Notes under the pieces: model-generated
Databases searched by the model: none
What the model was told of the DNA's origin: nothing
Seen by the model: the letters and a program-made list of their open reading frames with translations, nothing else
Translations under genes and position numbers: made by a program
Part shown: one piece after another, positions 21,016 through 31,062 of the stretch
How positions within the stretch are numbered: the stretch's first letter is position 1
Layout of the letters: each line of letters begins with the position of its first letter
From: Candidatus Marinacidobacterales bacterium
GTDB taxonomy: Bacteria; Acidobacteriota; Vicinamibacteria; Marinacidobacterales; DATDRI01
Assembly: GCA_965219415.1 (NCBI GenBank)
Contig: CBDCNP010000002.1
Span: 3,168,001-3,232,000 of the forward strand
Length of the DNA stretch: 64,000 bases
Direction of reading: 5' to 3'

Positions 21016-22835
21016 GTCGTGGGCTTTTGGTTATACCAGAACACTAAAATGAACTCGAAGATTTCATCCGGGTAGTCGTCGGGCAAAGCGGCGAGAGCCG
21101 CCTGGCGAAGCGCCCGCTCCGCGGCCGCGTCTAGTATGGAGTTGCTGGAGCCGTTCTTGACTCGAACATCGAGGATTTGCCCGCTACGGTCGATCGAAGC
21201 TTCGACGGAGACGTGGCCTACCGTTTTGGTGTCCGAACCAGGAACCTGCCACTGGCGTTGCACCTCGGTGACCATTTGGTGGACCCAGGGTTGGAAATCG
21301 GCCCCCTTGGCATCGTAGTAGATGCTGTTGGCTAGACGAACCGCTGGCCCGTAGCCGTTGAGCTCGGTTAGAAACCCCTTCGCCATATGGCGCTCCGCGG
21401 TCGTCGTGGCGACGGCTACCACGCGCTCTCCGACCTGCCGCGCTTCGTCCACGCGGTTCAGTCGCAACAGGAGCTCGCCCGTGTTGACCAAATAGATCAC
21501 GTTCTGCGGCTCGAGCTCCATCGATCGTTGAGCTGTGCCGATGGCCTCTTCCAAATTCTCCCTTCGACGCACGTACTCGTAGGCGAGCTGACCGTATCCC
21601 GGTCCAAACAAGGGATTGATCTCGATCGCCCGTTTCAAGGATCTTTCGGCTCTTGCCCATGCGTCGGTGTCTTCTACGTTCTCGGTTGCGAGAACGGCGT
21701 AGTAATAGAGAGAGATGTAGCTTTCGGTACCGAGGCCCACCGCGTCTTCGAACCAGCGTTTCGCCAGTTCCCGTTTGTTGCGCCGGAACTCCAAATAGCC
21801 CATGCTCTCATGCGCCAAGGCGTTTTTTGGATCCAGTCGCAGAGCCTCTTCCAGAAAGTCCTGCGCCTCATACGGACGGTTGCTGGCTACCAAGAAGCTT
21901 CCTCGCACCGCTGCAGACTCCGCCGGCGTAAGCTTTCTCGCGGGATAGGTCGCTTCGTCGATCTTGGCCGGGGCATCTATCCGAAGCCCCCTTCTCATCT
22001 TGCCGGAGCTTATGTAGTCCTCGAGTTTTTCTTGGAGCTCATCGAGATCGCCGAACGCTCGTCGAGCCGCCTCGACCGAATTTACGTCGTCTTGCACGAG
22101 GTGTAGGTACCGGGCCAAAGCGGGCCTGGTTCTCTCTTCGTCGTCGCCGCGCAAGAGATAGTGGATGAGTGCCCATGATTGAGCGTAGAAGATGGAGACC
22201 TTGTCGGGGTCGGTGTCGTGAGGATTCTCCTTCATTCCGATGAGCTCTTCGATCGGCAGCATTCTGCTGCGGTCGAAGATCTCACGACCTATGGGCAAGA
22301 ACATCTCGACGGTTTTGCCTCGAATCCGCGTGCGTTCCCAGAACTCCGCCAATCCCTCGTTCATCCAAGTCGGGACTTTCTTCTTGTTCAGGCTCGCGAG
22401 GAGATGAAAGTATTCGTGGTAGATGAGGCGGTAGCGTTCGTGAGCTCGTCCATCCAAGCGAAGCGCGACGAAGTGCTTGTCGAAGCCTCTTTGGAAGATT
22501 CCAGCCGGACGCCTGCCCTTTCGTTACCAGTATTGCGGAAGGAGCTCCCTTAGACCATCTTGGTTCTTGGTGGCAAGGACAACGATGGGGGAGCCATCGT
22601 CCTTGGCCGCGGGGAGCATCGTCAAGAAGACGGCTCGAATCCGCTCGAAGTCACCCGCCGTGCGGCGGGCCTCCTTCTCGCCGGCGTTGCTGACCTTGGC
22701 GAAGTGGGGGCTACGGACCTCGACCCAGGTTTTTTGCTTGTCGGCTGCCCCTTTCGCGGGGCCGGGGAACGAGAGTTCCAGCGTTACGGTCGCGAGAAGT
22801 GAGAAAAATAGTGCTCTCGCGGGGGTGGCTATCAT
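21012..22835 (-). CDS. Secreted HEXXH (DUF1570-like) + TPR + TonB C-terminal domain protein, frameshift near 22525
   Basis: Signal peptide, WVEVRSPHF, HEYFH, WMNEGLAE, FYAQSWAL, TPRs, SSNSILDAAAERA. Confidence 0.78.
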
Positions 22836-22873
22836 GAGATTAATGCTCCTACCCGCTTTCCCCTGGGGGAGGG

Positions 22874-22918
22874 GAGTATAAGAGCCGTCTTTATACTCTC
22901 CGCCCACTCGGTTGTCAA
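22874..22918 (-). promoter_or_regulatory. Near-consensus sigma70 promoter with an inverted repeat over the -10
   Basis: TTGACA-17 bp-TATAAA on the minus strand; gagtataa-N9-ttatactc at 22874-22898. Confidence 0.7.
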
Positions 22919-23121
22919 GAAGCCGGGTCCCGTCGCGGCATGACGAGTACGAGGTGCCTCCAGATTTCTCGTCGGAGGCACTTCCCCTGAGGTTTAAAAG
23001 GTTCGACGAACTGGTGTGTGGCGGGTGCAGACAGCGCTGAGCGCACCGGAGAGGGCGTGGGGAGGAGCATCTCCCCGCGCCCGTTTTGACGAACTCCGCT
23101 CGCGCCGGGTAGTCTAGGATA

Positions 23122-24084
23122 GTGAAGAGGCTCCTTTTCGTGGCGATGGCCTTCCCGCTCCTTACGGGCATGCAGAACCAGCCCCCCGCGGCCCCCGCAG
23201 CCAATGAGCCCGTCATTTCTCCCCAAGAAGATGTCTTTGCCATCCGTACCGCCCTGGTGACGGTCACCAACGAGGGCGGATTTCCCTTGACCGGATTGGA
23301 GGCGAAGGACTTCGAGGTGCTGGAGACGGAAGTCTCCCGCGATATCGTCGAGGTCCTTGGAGACGAGGATGGGCGAGAGATCTTCCTTCTGGTCGACACC
23401 AGCGTGGGTTTCCGTGGGGAAATCCCTTCATTGCGCAAAGGGCTCCAGGCTTTCGCCGCATCGCTAAGGGAGCCTCACGAAATCATGTTGGTGGAATTCG
23501 GTGGGCGACCCAAGCACCTGGCCGGGCCCACCAGCGATCGCTACCACCTCGACCGAGCTGCGAAGAAGGTCATTGCTCGCCCCGAAGGCGCCCACCTGGC
23601 CGATGCGATCGCCGATGTGACGAGCGGGATCACCGCCGCCAAGCAATCCGAGACCGAGCCGCCGATGATTGTCATCGTGGCTTCTCTCTCATCGGATTTC
23701 TCGACGCGACGTTTCACCGAGGCCTACAATCTCGCCATTCAGTCCCGAGCCGAGTTCTATGTGGTGCGATACGAAGGCAATTTTCGAGGCTCCTTCAATT
23801 CCGCGCAAGTGGAGGAACTTCTGCGGGGTCTCTGCGAACGAAGTGGCGGTGGCTACACGAGGGTCTTGTCCGCCGGTGCATTGGAGAAGGCGCTAGGCAA
23901 TTTAGCGACGCGGCTGCTGCAGACTCGCTATCGAATATCTTTCTTGACTGAAGTCGAGCCACGAACCATGATGGAGAACCTAAACATCACCGTCTTCCGA
24001 GAACATGCCACGACCCTTCTCATCCGGGTGCTCCCGTACGAACGGCGCGTGACCGTCTCGCAACCCTCTCAAGAAGGCCAATGA
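23122..24084 (+). CDS. Secreted VWA-domain protein (degenerate MIDAS)
   Basis: Signal peptide; GLEAKDFEVLE; LLVDTSVG. Confidence 0.8.
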   Translation: MKRLLFVAMAFPLLTGMQNQPPAAPAANEPVISPQEDVFAIRTALVTVTNEGGFPLTGLEAKDFEVLETEVSRDIVEVLGDEDGREIFLLVDTSVGFRGEIPSLRKGLQAFAASLREPHEIMLVEFGGRPKHLAGPTSDRYHLDRAAKKVIARPEGAHLADAIADVTSGITAAKQSETEPPMIVIVASLSSDFSTRRFTEAYNLAIQSRAEFYVVRYEGNFRGSFNSAQVEELLRGLCERSGGGYTRVLSAGALEKALGNLATRLLQTRYRISFLTEVEPRTMMENLNITVFREHATTLLIRVLPYERRVTVSQPSQEGQ

Positions 24085-24106
24085 TTTCACTCTCTAGGTA
24101 GGTATC

Positions 24107-25042
24107 ATGCGAAGACTGACATGTATTTTGACCTCGGTGACGCTACTGGGTCTCACGAGCCAAAGTGCTCGTTCCCAGGAGGACGCATTCGCCATTCGCA
24201 CCGCGCTGGTGTCGGTGACCGACTCGAGCGGCGCTCGCATCGAAGACCTCGCCGAGGATGACTTCAAGCTCGTTGAACGGGGCGTGGAGCGAGACATCAC
24301 GGAAGTGCAGGATGAGGAGAAGGGCGCCGAGCTCTATCTCTTGGTCGACACTAGCGTTTCCTTGCGGCGCCACGTCCAGCAACTCCGGAGCGGTGTTCAG
24401 GAGTTCATCGCCGCCATCGGCAGCCGTTTCGAGGTTACCCTCTATGAGTTCGGGATGAGGCCGCGGAAGCTGGCGGGGCCCACCAACGACCGGGCCGCTC
24501 TTTCGATCGCGGCGTCGAAAATATTCGCCCAGACCGCCGAGGGCGCTTATCTCTTGGACGCCATCACCGAGACCAGTAAGACGATTCGCGACACCGAGCG
24601 CGAAGAAGACACCCCTCCGGTCATCGTCGTGATCTTCACCGGCTCTGGCCCAGAGCTCTCACACATCAACGATCGAGCCGCCGAGAGCGCAGGCAAGAAG
24701 ACAGGCGCGGTCTACCACGTCGTCATCTACGACGGGATAGGTCAGGGCGGCAACCCCACGCAGCGGGCGAAGGTCGACCGCGTTCTGAACGAGTTGAGCA
24801 GCGAGACCGGCGGATCGTTGAAGCGGATCTTGTCGGCCACCGCCATCGGCAACGCCCTCACGCGCGTCGCAGAAGAAGAGTTGCAGCCGGTCTACCGCGT
24901 ATCGTTCCTAACTGAGCTCTCTCCGGAGACCCAACCGGAGGATCTCGAGATTTCCGTCGATAGGGTCGGTGCCGAGGCAGAGCTCATCAAACTCCTTCCG
25001 GGAGAAAAGCGGGTAGGAGCCGAACCTCCCACGAGTCCCTGA
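24107..25042 (+). CDS. Secreted VWA-domain protein, paralog of the upstream gene
   Basis: Shared QED.FAIRTALV N-terminus; LLVDTSVS MIDAS. Confidence 0.82.
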   Translation: MRRLTCILTSVTLLGLTSQSARSQEDAFAIRTALVSVTDSSGARIEDLAEDDFKLVERGVERDITEVQDEEKGAELYLLVDTSVSLRRHVQQLRSGVQEFIAAIGSRFEVTLYEFGMRPRKLAGPTNDRAALSIAASKIFAQTAEGAYLLDAITETSKTIRDTEREEDTPPVIVVIFTGSGPELSHINDRAAESAGKKTGAVYHVVIYDGIGQGGNPTQRAKVDRVLNELSSETGGSLKRILSATAIGNALTRVAEEELQPVYRVSFLTELSPETQPEDLEISVDRVGAEAELIKLLPGEKRVGAEPPTSP

Positions 25043-25082
25043 GTCCCTCCTCCTCATCCCCGGCAGTCCGCGACAGGCTTCT

Positions 25083-26555
25083 TTACCGCAAACCCGCCGA
25101 CCGGTCCGCGGGAACGCCGTAATCCTTCAGAATGTTTCCGCTCTCTAGTTCGACCTGCTGTCTGTCGAGAACGATGAGCTCGTCCCGATCGTCTTTGAAG
25201 ACGACGAACTGTTTTTCCGCGCCGGCCTCTACCAGCCGGACAAGCTCGGCTAGATTGTTCACCTTCTGGTCGTCGACCTCGACGATCCGCCGGTCCCCAA
25301 CGGCGTGATAACCCATGTTCACGTCAGAGGGAAGAACATGGTCCAGGACCACGACCTGCTCCTTTTCTGAGCCCCGGTAGTGGTGACGAAAGGCGAGGAG
25401 GTGTTTGGGTGCATCTTGGTGCCACTGATCGCCCCAAGCCTTGAGGTGATTGAGCGTCAATCCACTGAACACCAGCCCACCGTAGACGTAGTAGGCGGGC
25501 CGGCCGTCGTGGCCAGCCGGAACGAGCCTCTGATGGTTCATGGGTTGGTCCAGCGTCACGAGAACTTGAAGCCTTTTCCTCTCCCGCAGGATTCCGACTC
25601 GGATCTCGTCACCCATTTGGCGGCGCCGCACGAAGCGGTTCAAGGGAGCGCGTTCCTCACCCTGCAGAGCGATGGTGCCGTCATTGTCCAAGGGCCAGTC
25701 GTTGATCGAAAGAACGACATCCCGCTCACGAAGGTGGCCGTCGGCAGGCATGCCGGGCACCACCGAAGCGACGATCACACCGGACTGGTGGGCTTCGAGG
25801 CCGCACATCTTTCGGAGTCCCTCGTTTTCAAGTGGTTGCCAGCGAATCCCGAGAGAGGGGATGCCCTCGAAGCGGCCGTCTTCAACATCGGTCAGGAAAT
25901 GCCTCACGATGGGCACAGGAACGATGTGGCCGAGGTCCCCGTTCATCTGCGATTGCATCGCAACTCCTATCACCTCACCGTCGACCATCGCCGGCCCGCC
26001 GCTGTTTCCCTTGCGTATCGCACCGTTCAACTTGACGGCCTGCAGAACGGCATCGCTATGGACGTAGGTTTGCCTCTCGATGGCGGTGACTGTTCCGCGA
26101 GTGGCGGCTAGCGCTTCCTCTCCTCCGGGAAACCCATAGATCACAACCTCTTCCCCTAGCCCCGGAAGCTCTCTGAACCGAAGTGGGGTAATGCCTTCGA
26201 AGAAGGAAGGGGACTTGACCGTCAAAAGGGCGAGATCGGCCTCGTGCGATACGAACAGGACACGCGCAATCTGCTTTTCGGCCCGCCCGTTGAGCCGCAC
26301 TTGAAGGAAAGTCTGGTCGGATACGACATGGGCGTTGGTCAGAATACGGTGGCCTTCGATGACGAAACCCGAGCCGGTCGACTGACCGGGAAAGTACGAA
26401 TCCCAGGGACTGAAATAGTCCGGCTCGCTCTTGACGACGTAGACCTTGACGATTGAGTCACGCACGTCGAAGCCGTTCGCTAGAGCCGGCTGCTGGGCAC
26501 CGAGCGCCCGTAGAAATATCGTCAGATAGATGAATGCACACGTCTTCATTTGCAA
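25083..26555 (-). CDS. Deg/HtrA serine protease (S1C) with PDZ domains
   Basis: TNAHVV, DLALL, GNSGGP catalytic triad. Confidence 0.92.
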   Translation of the reverse strand: MQMKTCAFIYLTIFLRALGAQQPALANGFDVRDSIVKVYVVKSEPDYFSPWDSYFPGQSTGSGFVIEGHRILTNAHVVSDQTFLQVRLNGRAEKQIARVLFVSHEADLALLTVKSPSFFEGITPLRFRELPGLGEEVVIYGFPGGEEALAATRGTVTAIERQTYVHSDAVLQAVKLNGAIRKGNSGGPAMVDGEVIGVAMQSQMNGDLGHIVPVPIVRHFLTDVEDGRFEGIPSLGIRWQPLENEGLRKMCGLEAHQSGVIVASVVPGMPADGHLRERDVVLSINDWPLDNDGTIALQGEERAPLNRFVRRRQMGDEIRVGILRERKRLQVLVTLDQPMNHQRLVPAGHDGRPAYYVYGGLVFSGLTLNHLKAWGDQWHQDAPKHLLAFRHHYRGSEKEQVVVLDHVLPSDVNMGYHAVGDRRIVEVDDQKVNNLAELVRLVEAGAEKQFVVFKDDRDELIVLDRQQVELESGNILKDYGVPADRSAGLR

Positions 26556-26582
26556 GACTCCTGCCTTGGACCCTAGGAGGGC

Positions 26583-26813
26583 CTAGGACGATTGGTGGCT
26601 CGGGGCGGGAAGGGCTGATGCCGTGCGGGCACCGACCGCCGCCACCACCAGGGCAACCAGGGCGAACAGCAGGAATCCAGGGAAGACGAGCGGCAACAGG
26701 GCCGGAGGCGCCGGATAGAACAAGAGCAGAAGAAAAGCGGCGGCCGTACCGGAAACCAGCCCGTTGGCCATCTGGATACACGTCAACCGGACGGTTCGAA
26801 GGATGGCGAGCAT
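26583..26813 (-). CDS. Small hypothetical membrane protein
   Basis: 76 aa with two hydrophobic helices; AAGGGAG RBS upstream. Confidence 0.55.
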   Translation of the reverse strand: MLAILRTVRLTCIQMANGLVSGTAAAFLLLLFYPAPPALLPLVFPGFLLFALVALVVAAVGARTASALPAPSHQSS

Positions 26814-26929
26814 TGAAACTCCCTTATTAAATGCCTGGGGGAGGCAAGGAAATTATGGGAAGAGGGTTAGCAGAATCGACTAGGGTTGGTCAAATGGGCG
26901 AACCCATAAAAATCAGGGGAAGTTGCAAG

Positions 26930-26974
26930 AAAAAAACCCCGCCTGCTCGGCAGTTCTTGCCGGGACAGGCGGGG
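26930..26974 (-). terminator. Intrinsic terminator downstream of the cold-shock gene
   Basis: ccccgcctg...caggcgggg stem followed by a T7 tract on the minus strand. Confidence 0.85.
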
Positions 26975-26999
26975 CTCGATACGTAAGAGGGTCAGTCAG

Positions 27000-27200
27000 T
27001 TAGACAGGTTTCACGTTCGAAGCTTGGGGGCCTTTCGGGCCCTGCGTCACCTCGAACTCGACCTTTTGACCTTCTTGGAGCGAACGGAAACCGTCGCCCG
27101 CGATCGCTGAAAAATGGACAAACACGTCGGGACCGTCTTCACGCTGGATGAAGCCGAAACCCTTGCTGTCGTTGAACCACTTTACGGAACCAGTTGCCAT
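27000..27200 (-). CDS. cspA: Cold-shock protein (CspA family)
   Basis: VKWFN..KGFGFI (RNP1), DVFVHFSAI (RNP2); AAGGAGGT RBS. Confidence 0.96.
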   Translation of the reverse strand: MATGSVKWFNDSKGFGFIQREDGPDVFVHFSAIAGDGFRSLQEGQKVEFEVTQGPKGPQASNVKPV

Positions 27201-27369
27201 GCCGGGTCTACCTCCTTTCCTTCAAGATTCTCCCAACTCTGGTCGGGGTAAGGTGTAGACTCTGCAATGGCAAAACAAAAAAGCCACGGGTGTTTTGGTT
27301 CTTCCCGTGGCTCGACTTTCGTTTCCTAAGCAAGAGAACAACTACACTTTACGGGACGGAGTATAGCAC
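27201..27369 (-). promoter_or_regulatory. Long structured csp 5' leader with an internal terminator-like hairpin
   Basis: TG-C-TATACT extended -10 at about 27360; agccacggg/cccgtggct stem (27282-27312) followed by a U-rich tract. Confidence 0.65.
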
Positions 27370-27635
27370 TGCCCAATCCAAAACGCTAGTGCGAGTCCAG
27401 CGCCCGGGGTCGGCCGGCGGCGGAGGGCGAGTTGGGGACGTTTCGCATCCTGAGCTTTCTACTGGTGGCATCATCGCCCTTGGCCTCGCCAAGGGTACTG
27501 ACCCACTACCGAGCTCCGCAACTTCTATTCCCGTCCGTCGGCGGATACATCGACGGAGCCGTCGAGGTAGCTGGAGGCTGGCCCGGCGTGCGGATGAAGG
27601 CCAGTGAGTAGGGCCGATATGCCGGCGCCAGGTGA

Positions 27636-28394
27636 TTGAGTGACGGGAGAATCGAAGAGATGACCGAAGTCAGCGAAAGGCTCGAAGCGCTTGTTGAGAG
27701 GGATCGCGACCACGATTGTGAAGGTCTAGGCCCGGCGAAGGTTTGCGTCAAGGTCGTGGGAGTCGCCGATCTGCCCACCCGGTTCGGGCATTTTCGGATC
27801 GTAGCGTTCTGGAACAACCGAGACGCGAAAGAGCACGTCGCCATCGTGCGAGGCAACATCCTCGGCTCTGAGGACGTCCCCACGCGGCTTCACTCGGAGT
27901 GCGTGACCGGCGACGTCGTCGGCTCACTCCGCTGCGACTGCCGCGATCAACTAGAAATTGCCCCACGGAAGATTGGCACCTACGAAAAGGGGCTGATTCT
28001 TTACTTGCGCCAGGAGGGTAGAGGCATCGGCCTCATCAACAAAGTGCGGGCCTACGCGCTTCAAGACGAGGGGCTCGACACCGTCGACGCCAATGAGGCG
28101 CTCGGATTCCGGGATGACGAACGCGACTATGCGATCGCGGCCCACATGATCCACAGTCTCAACGTGAAGTCCATACACCTCATGACCAACAACCCTCGCA
28201 AGATCGAACAACTCACTCAACATGGCATTAAGGTCAGCCAGCGTCTGCCTCACGTGATACCCCCCAATGAGCACAACCGTTTCTACCTGGAGACCAAGGC
28301 GAATCGCTCGGGTCACTGGATCGATTTTTCCGGCAAGCCTCACCTGATGGAACAGAGTGATCCGGTCGTCGTCGAGGGAATGGCCGAGGAGTGA
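27636..28394 (+). CDS. ribA: GTP cyclohydrolase II
   Basis: RLHSECVTGD, RCDC, QEGRGIG, MTNNPRK. Confidence 0.95.
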   Translation: MSDGRIEEMTEVSERLEALVERDRDHDCEGLGPAKVCVKVVGVADLPTRFGHFRIVAFWNNRDAKEHVAIVRGNILGSEDVPTRLHSECVTGDVVGSLRCDCRDQLEIAPRKIGTYEKGLILYLRQEGRGIGLINKVRAYALQDEGLDTVDANEALGFRDDERDYAIAAHMIHSLNVKSIHLMTNNPRKIEQLTQHGIKVSQRLPHVIPPNEHNRFYLETKANRSGHWIDFSGKPHLMEQSDPVVVEGMAEE

Positions 28395-28555
28395 TCGGAG
28401 TCACTTTCCAGATCTGATTCGGCCCTTCGGATCTGGCAATTGATTAAAAGTCCCAACCCGCTGAGAACGATGAAGTTTCGCGGGCGGGGTGGATGTGCTA
28501 TTTTCCTTCGGTCACGTCGTGAAGCACGCTACTCCAAGGCCCTGAGGCTCTCCCT

Positions 28556-29557
28556 TTGTCGTCTCTCAAGATTGGCAATCTAACCGCCCAGTCCGGAAAG
28601 ACACTACGAGGATGGCTCCAGGTTGGAACCAGACCCGCCGGGGCACCCCTAAAGATTCCGTTTTTTCTCATCCAGGGGACCGAGGACGGTCCCGTACTGC
28701 TCGTGGACGCGTGCAATCACGGGAGTGAGTACGAAGGACCGCCCGCCGTCATCAAGCTGGCGCGGTCGCTGGTTCCCGCGAAGCTCCGAGGCACCGTTAT
28801 CGCCGTCCCTGTCGTGAACCTGCCCTCGTTTGAAGAGGGCCGACGGGAATCGTCGATCGACGGGGTCAATATCAACCGCATTTGGCCGGGCGACGAATCC
28901 CGAACGATCTCCTACCAGATCGCCTTCCACTATTTTCGGGAGGTGGTAGAAAAGGCGAATTACGTGGTGACCCATCACAGTGGAGGAAGGGACCTGCAGC
29001 ACCCTCCCTTGGTGGCGTTCCAGGACGAAGGGGACGAGCTGGGAAAGAAGTCCCGGGAGCTCGCCCGCGCGTTCGGCACGAAGTACCTCACCCGCTGGAC
29101 CCCCTTCGATGGCGCCTTGGTCAAGGAGACATGGAAGCGAGGCATCGTCACTCTCAATCCGGAGGCAGGGGGAGTCGATCGGAGCAAGAAGACTTTCTGG
29201 AAGAACGTCGATGCCCTGGTGAATGGCACGGTGGGTGTCATGAAGCAGCTGAACATGCTCGAAGGTGCACCAGAACTCCCAGCCAAGCAGATCGTGACTC
29301 GCACCGTCGCCGAGCCACCATTATCTTATGTTCGGCTCAAGGCTGGCGGGCTCTTTATTCCCGAAGTCGAAATCGAAGATTCCGTCAAGAAGGGCACCGT
29401 TCTGGGACGTCTCACCGATCTTTTTGGTGACGATCTTCAAGTGATCGAGGCACCGATGGACGCGCTCGTCCTGGGCCTTCATTACGATTGCCTCAGCTTC
29501 CCTGGAGAGTTTGCCACCATCCTAGGGGAGTACGAGGAAACGATAGAGAACGCTTGA
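28556..29557 (+). CDS. Succinylglutamate desuccinylase/aspartoacylase family deacylase
   Basis: HGSEYEG, NINRIWPG, THHSG, EAGG; biotinyl-like C-terminus. Confidence 0.88.
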   Translation: MSSLKIGNLTAQSGKTLRGWLQVGTRPAGAPLKIPFFLIQGTEDGPVLLVDACNHGSEYEGPPAVIKLARSLVPAKLRGTVIAVPVVNLPSFEEGRRESSIDGVNINRIWPGDESRTISYQIAFHYFREVVEKANYVVTHHSGGRDLQHPPLVAFQDEGDELGKKSRELARAFGTKYLTRWTPFDGALVKETWKRGIVTLNPEAGGVDRSKKTFWKNVDALVNGTVGVMKQLNMLEGAPELPAKQIVTRTVAEPPLSYVRLKAGGLFIPEVEIEDSVKKGTVLGRLTDLFGDDLQVIEAPMDALVLGLHYDCLSFPGEFATILGEYEETIENA

Positions 29558-29606
29558 TCTGTTTCCACAGGTGAGGCCGTCGCCCTGACCCTGCAATGAC
29601 GCCGCC

Positions 29607-31058
29607 ATGATCTACATCATCGGCATCGCTCTATACCTCGTCTTTCTGATCGGCATCGGTGTCGTGAAGAGCCGAGCCGTCCGGACTCAAGACGACTTCA
29701 TGGTAGCCAGCCGAAGTGTCTCTGCGCTGTTTCTAGCCAGTACTCTCATTTGTACGTCGGTGGGCTCGGGCATTTTGTTTGGCGGGGCGGGCCGCGCCTT
29801 TCGGGATGGCTTCTCCGCTATGTGGATGAACCTCGGTGGTTGGGCAGGCATGTTGGGGGTTTACTTTCTCGCCCACCGCGTGCAGCGGATAGCCCAGTAC
29901 ACCGCTCCCGACATTCTCGAAATGCGATACACCGCGACGGCCCGATTACTGGGTACCGGTGCCGTGGTCATGGCCTACCTGACCATCGCCAGCTATCAAT
30001 TCAGAGGAGGAGGTCGGCTTCTGCACGTCTTGACCGGTCTCGACCCTGTTTACGGGCAAGTCATCACCTGTATCCTGGCAGCGCTTTATACCGGCCTCGC
30101 CGGAATGCTTTCCATCGTTGCCCTCGACATCTTCAACGGCGTACTGATCGCAGGTAGCGCCCTAGTTGCCGTCCCCTTCGTACTGAAGGCCGCCGGAGGT
30201 TGGAGCTCGATGACGGCCATCCTACCGGAATCCCACTTCTACTCGTTCGGATCTCTCGGCCTACTTTCCGCACTCGGTTTGTTCTTCCCTTTGTTTCTCC
30301 AGATCGTCGGCGACAGTGGGATGTACCAGAAGCTCATGTCGGCGAAGGACCCCAACGCGGCGCGACGGGGCGTACTGGGGATGCTGGTGGGGGTGATTCC
30401 GATCCAGTCTGCTTTGGCCATTATCGGCGTGATCGGGGCCGCCATCTACTGGAGCGATCCTGCATTCCTCGGCTCGGACGCTAGCTTCGACGCCGCGGCG
30501 ACGGAGACCATCGTGCTTCAGGTGGCACGCTTCGACTTGCCGGTGGTGCTTGGAGTCGCTCTTCTTTGTGCCGCCGCCGCCATCATCTTTTCGACCGCCA
30601 ACACGATGCTGATGATCCCGTCGACCAACCTGGCACGGGATGTCTATCAGCGTTTCGTGAACCCGAGTGCGAGCCAGCGGCGGATCGTCCTGGTGCAGAG
30701 GCTGATCATCGTCGTGCTCGCCGCCACCTCCTTCTCGATCGCATCTTTCTTCGACAGCATCCTGGACATGGCCCTTTACGCTTATACGATGGTGGGTGCT
30801 GCGGTCACCCCGGCACTCCTGGCGGCTTTCCTTTGGCGGCGAGTCACGGCCCTTGGGGGGACAGTCTCCGTCGCAGCGGGTATGGCGGTAACGATGGGTT
30901 ACGCGGTACTCAATGCATTGGGGGTCACGAACCTGGGCTATAGCTACATCATCTATCCGGCCGTCGCGGCTTCGGTAATCTCCCTGGTGGCTATGAGCCT
31001 CGCGACCCCGCCGTCACCGGAAGAGAAGTGGCGGCCCTTCTGGCCAGATGAGGGATGA
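29607..31058 (+). CDS. Sodium:solute symporter (SSS) family protein
   Basis: TQDDFMVA, PDILEMRY, RDVYQRF; paralog of 438..1832. Confidence 0.92.
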   Translation: MIYIIGIALYLVFLIGIGVVKSRAVRTQDDFMVASRSVSALFLASTLICTSVGSGILFGGAGRAFRDGFSAMWMNLGGWAGMLGVYFLAHRVQRIAQYTAPDILEMRYTATARLLGTGAVVMAYLTIASYQFRGGGRLLHVLTGLDPVYGQVITCILAALYTGLAGMLSIVALDIFNGVLIAGSALVAVPFVLKAAGGWSSMTAILPESHFYSFGSLGLLSALGLFFPLFLQIVGDSGMYQKLMSAKDPNAARRGVLGMLVGVIPIQSALAIIGVIGAAIYWSDPAFLGSDASFDAAATETIVLQVARFDLPVVLGVALLCAAAAIIFSTANTMLMIPSTNLARDVYQRFVNPSASQRRIVLVQRLIIVVLAATSFSIASFFDSILDMALYAYTMVGAAVTPALLAAFLWRRVTALGGTVSVAAGMAVTMGYAVLNALGVTNLGYSYIIYPAVAASVISLVAMSLATPPSPEEKWRPFWPDEG

Positions 31059-31062
31059 GTCT

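Noticed and set aside
27370-27635. FMN riboswitch upstream of ribA
   Set aside because: Conserved RFN motifs not found.
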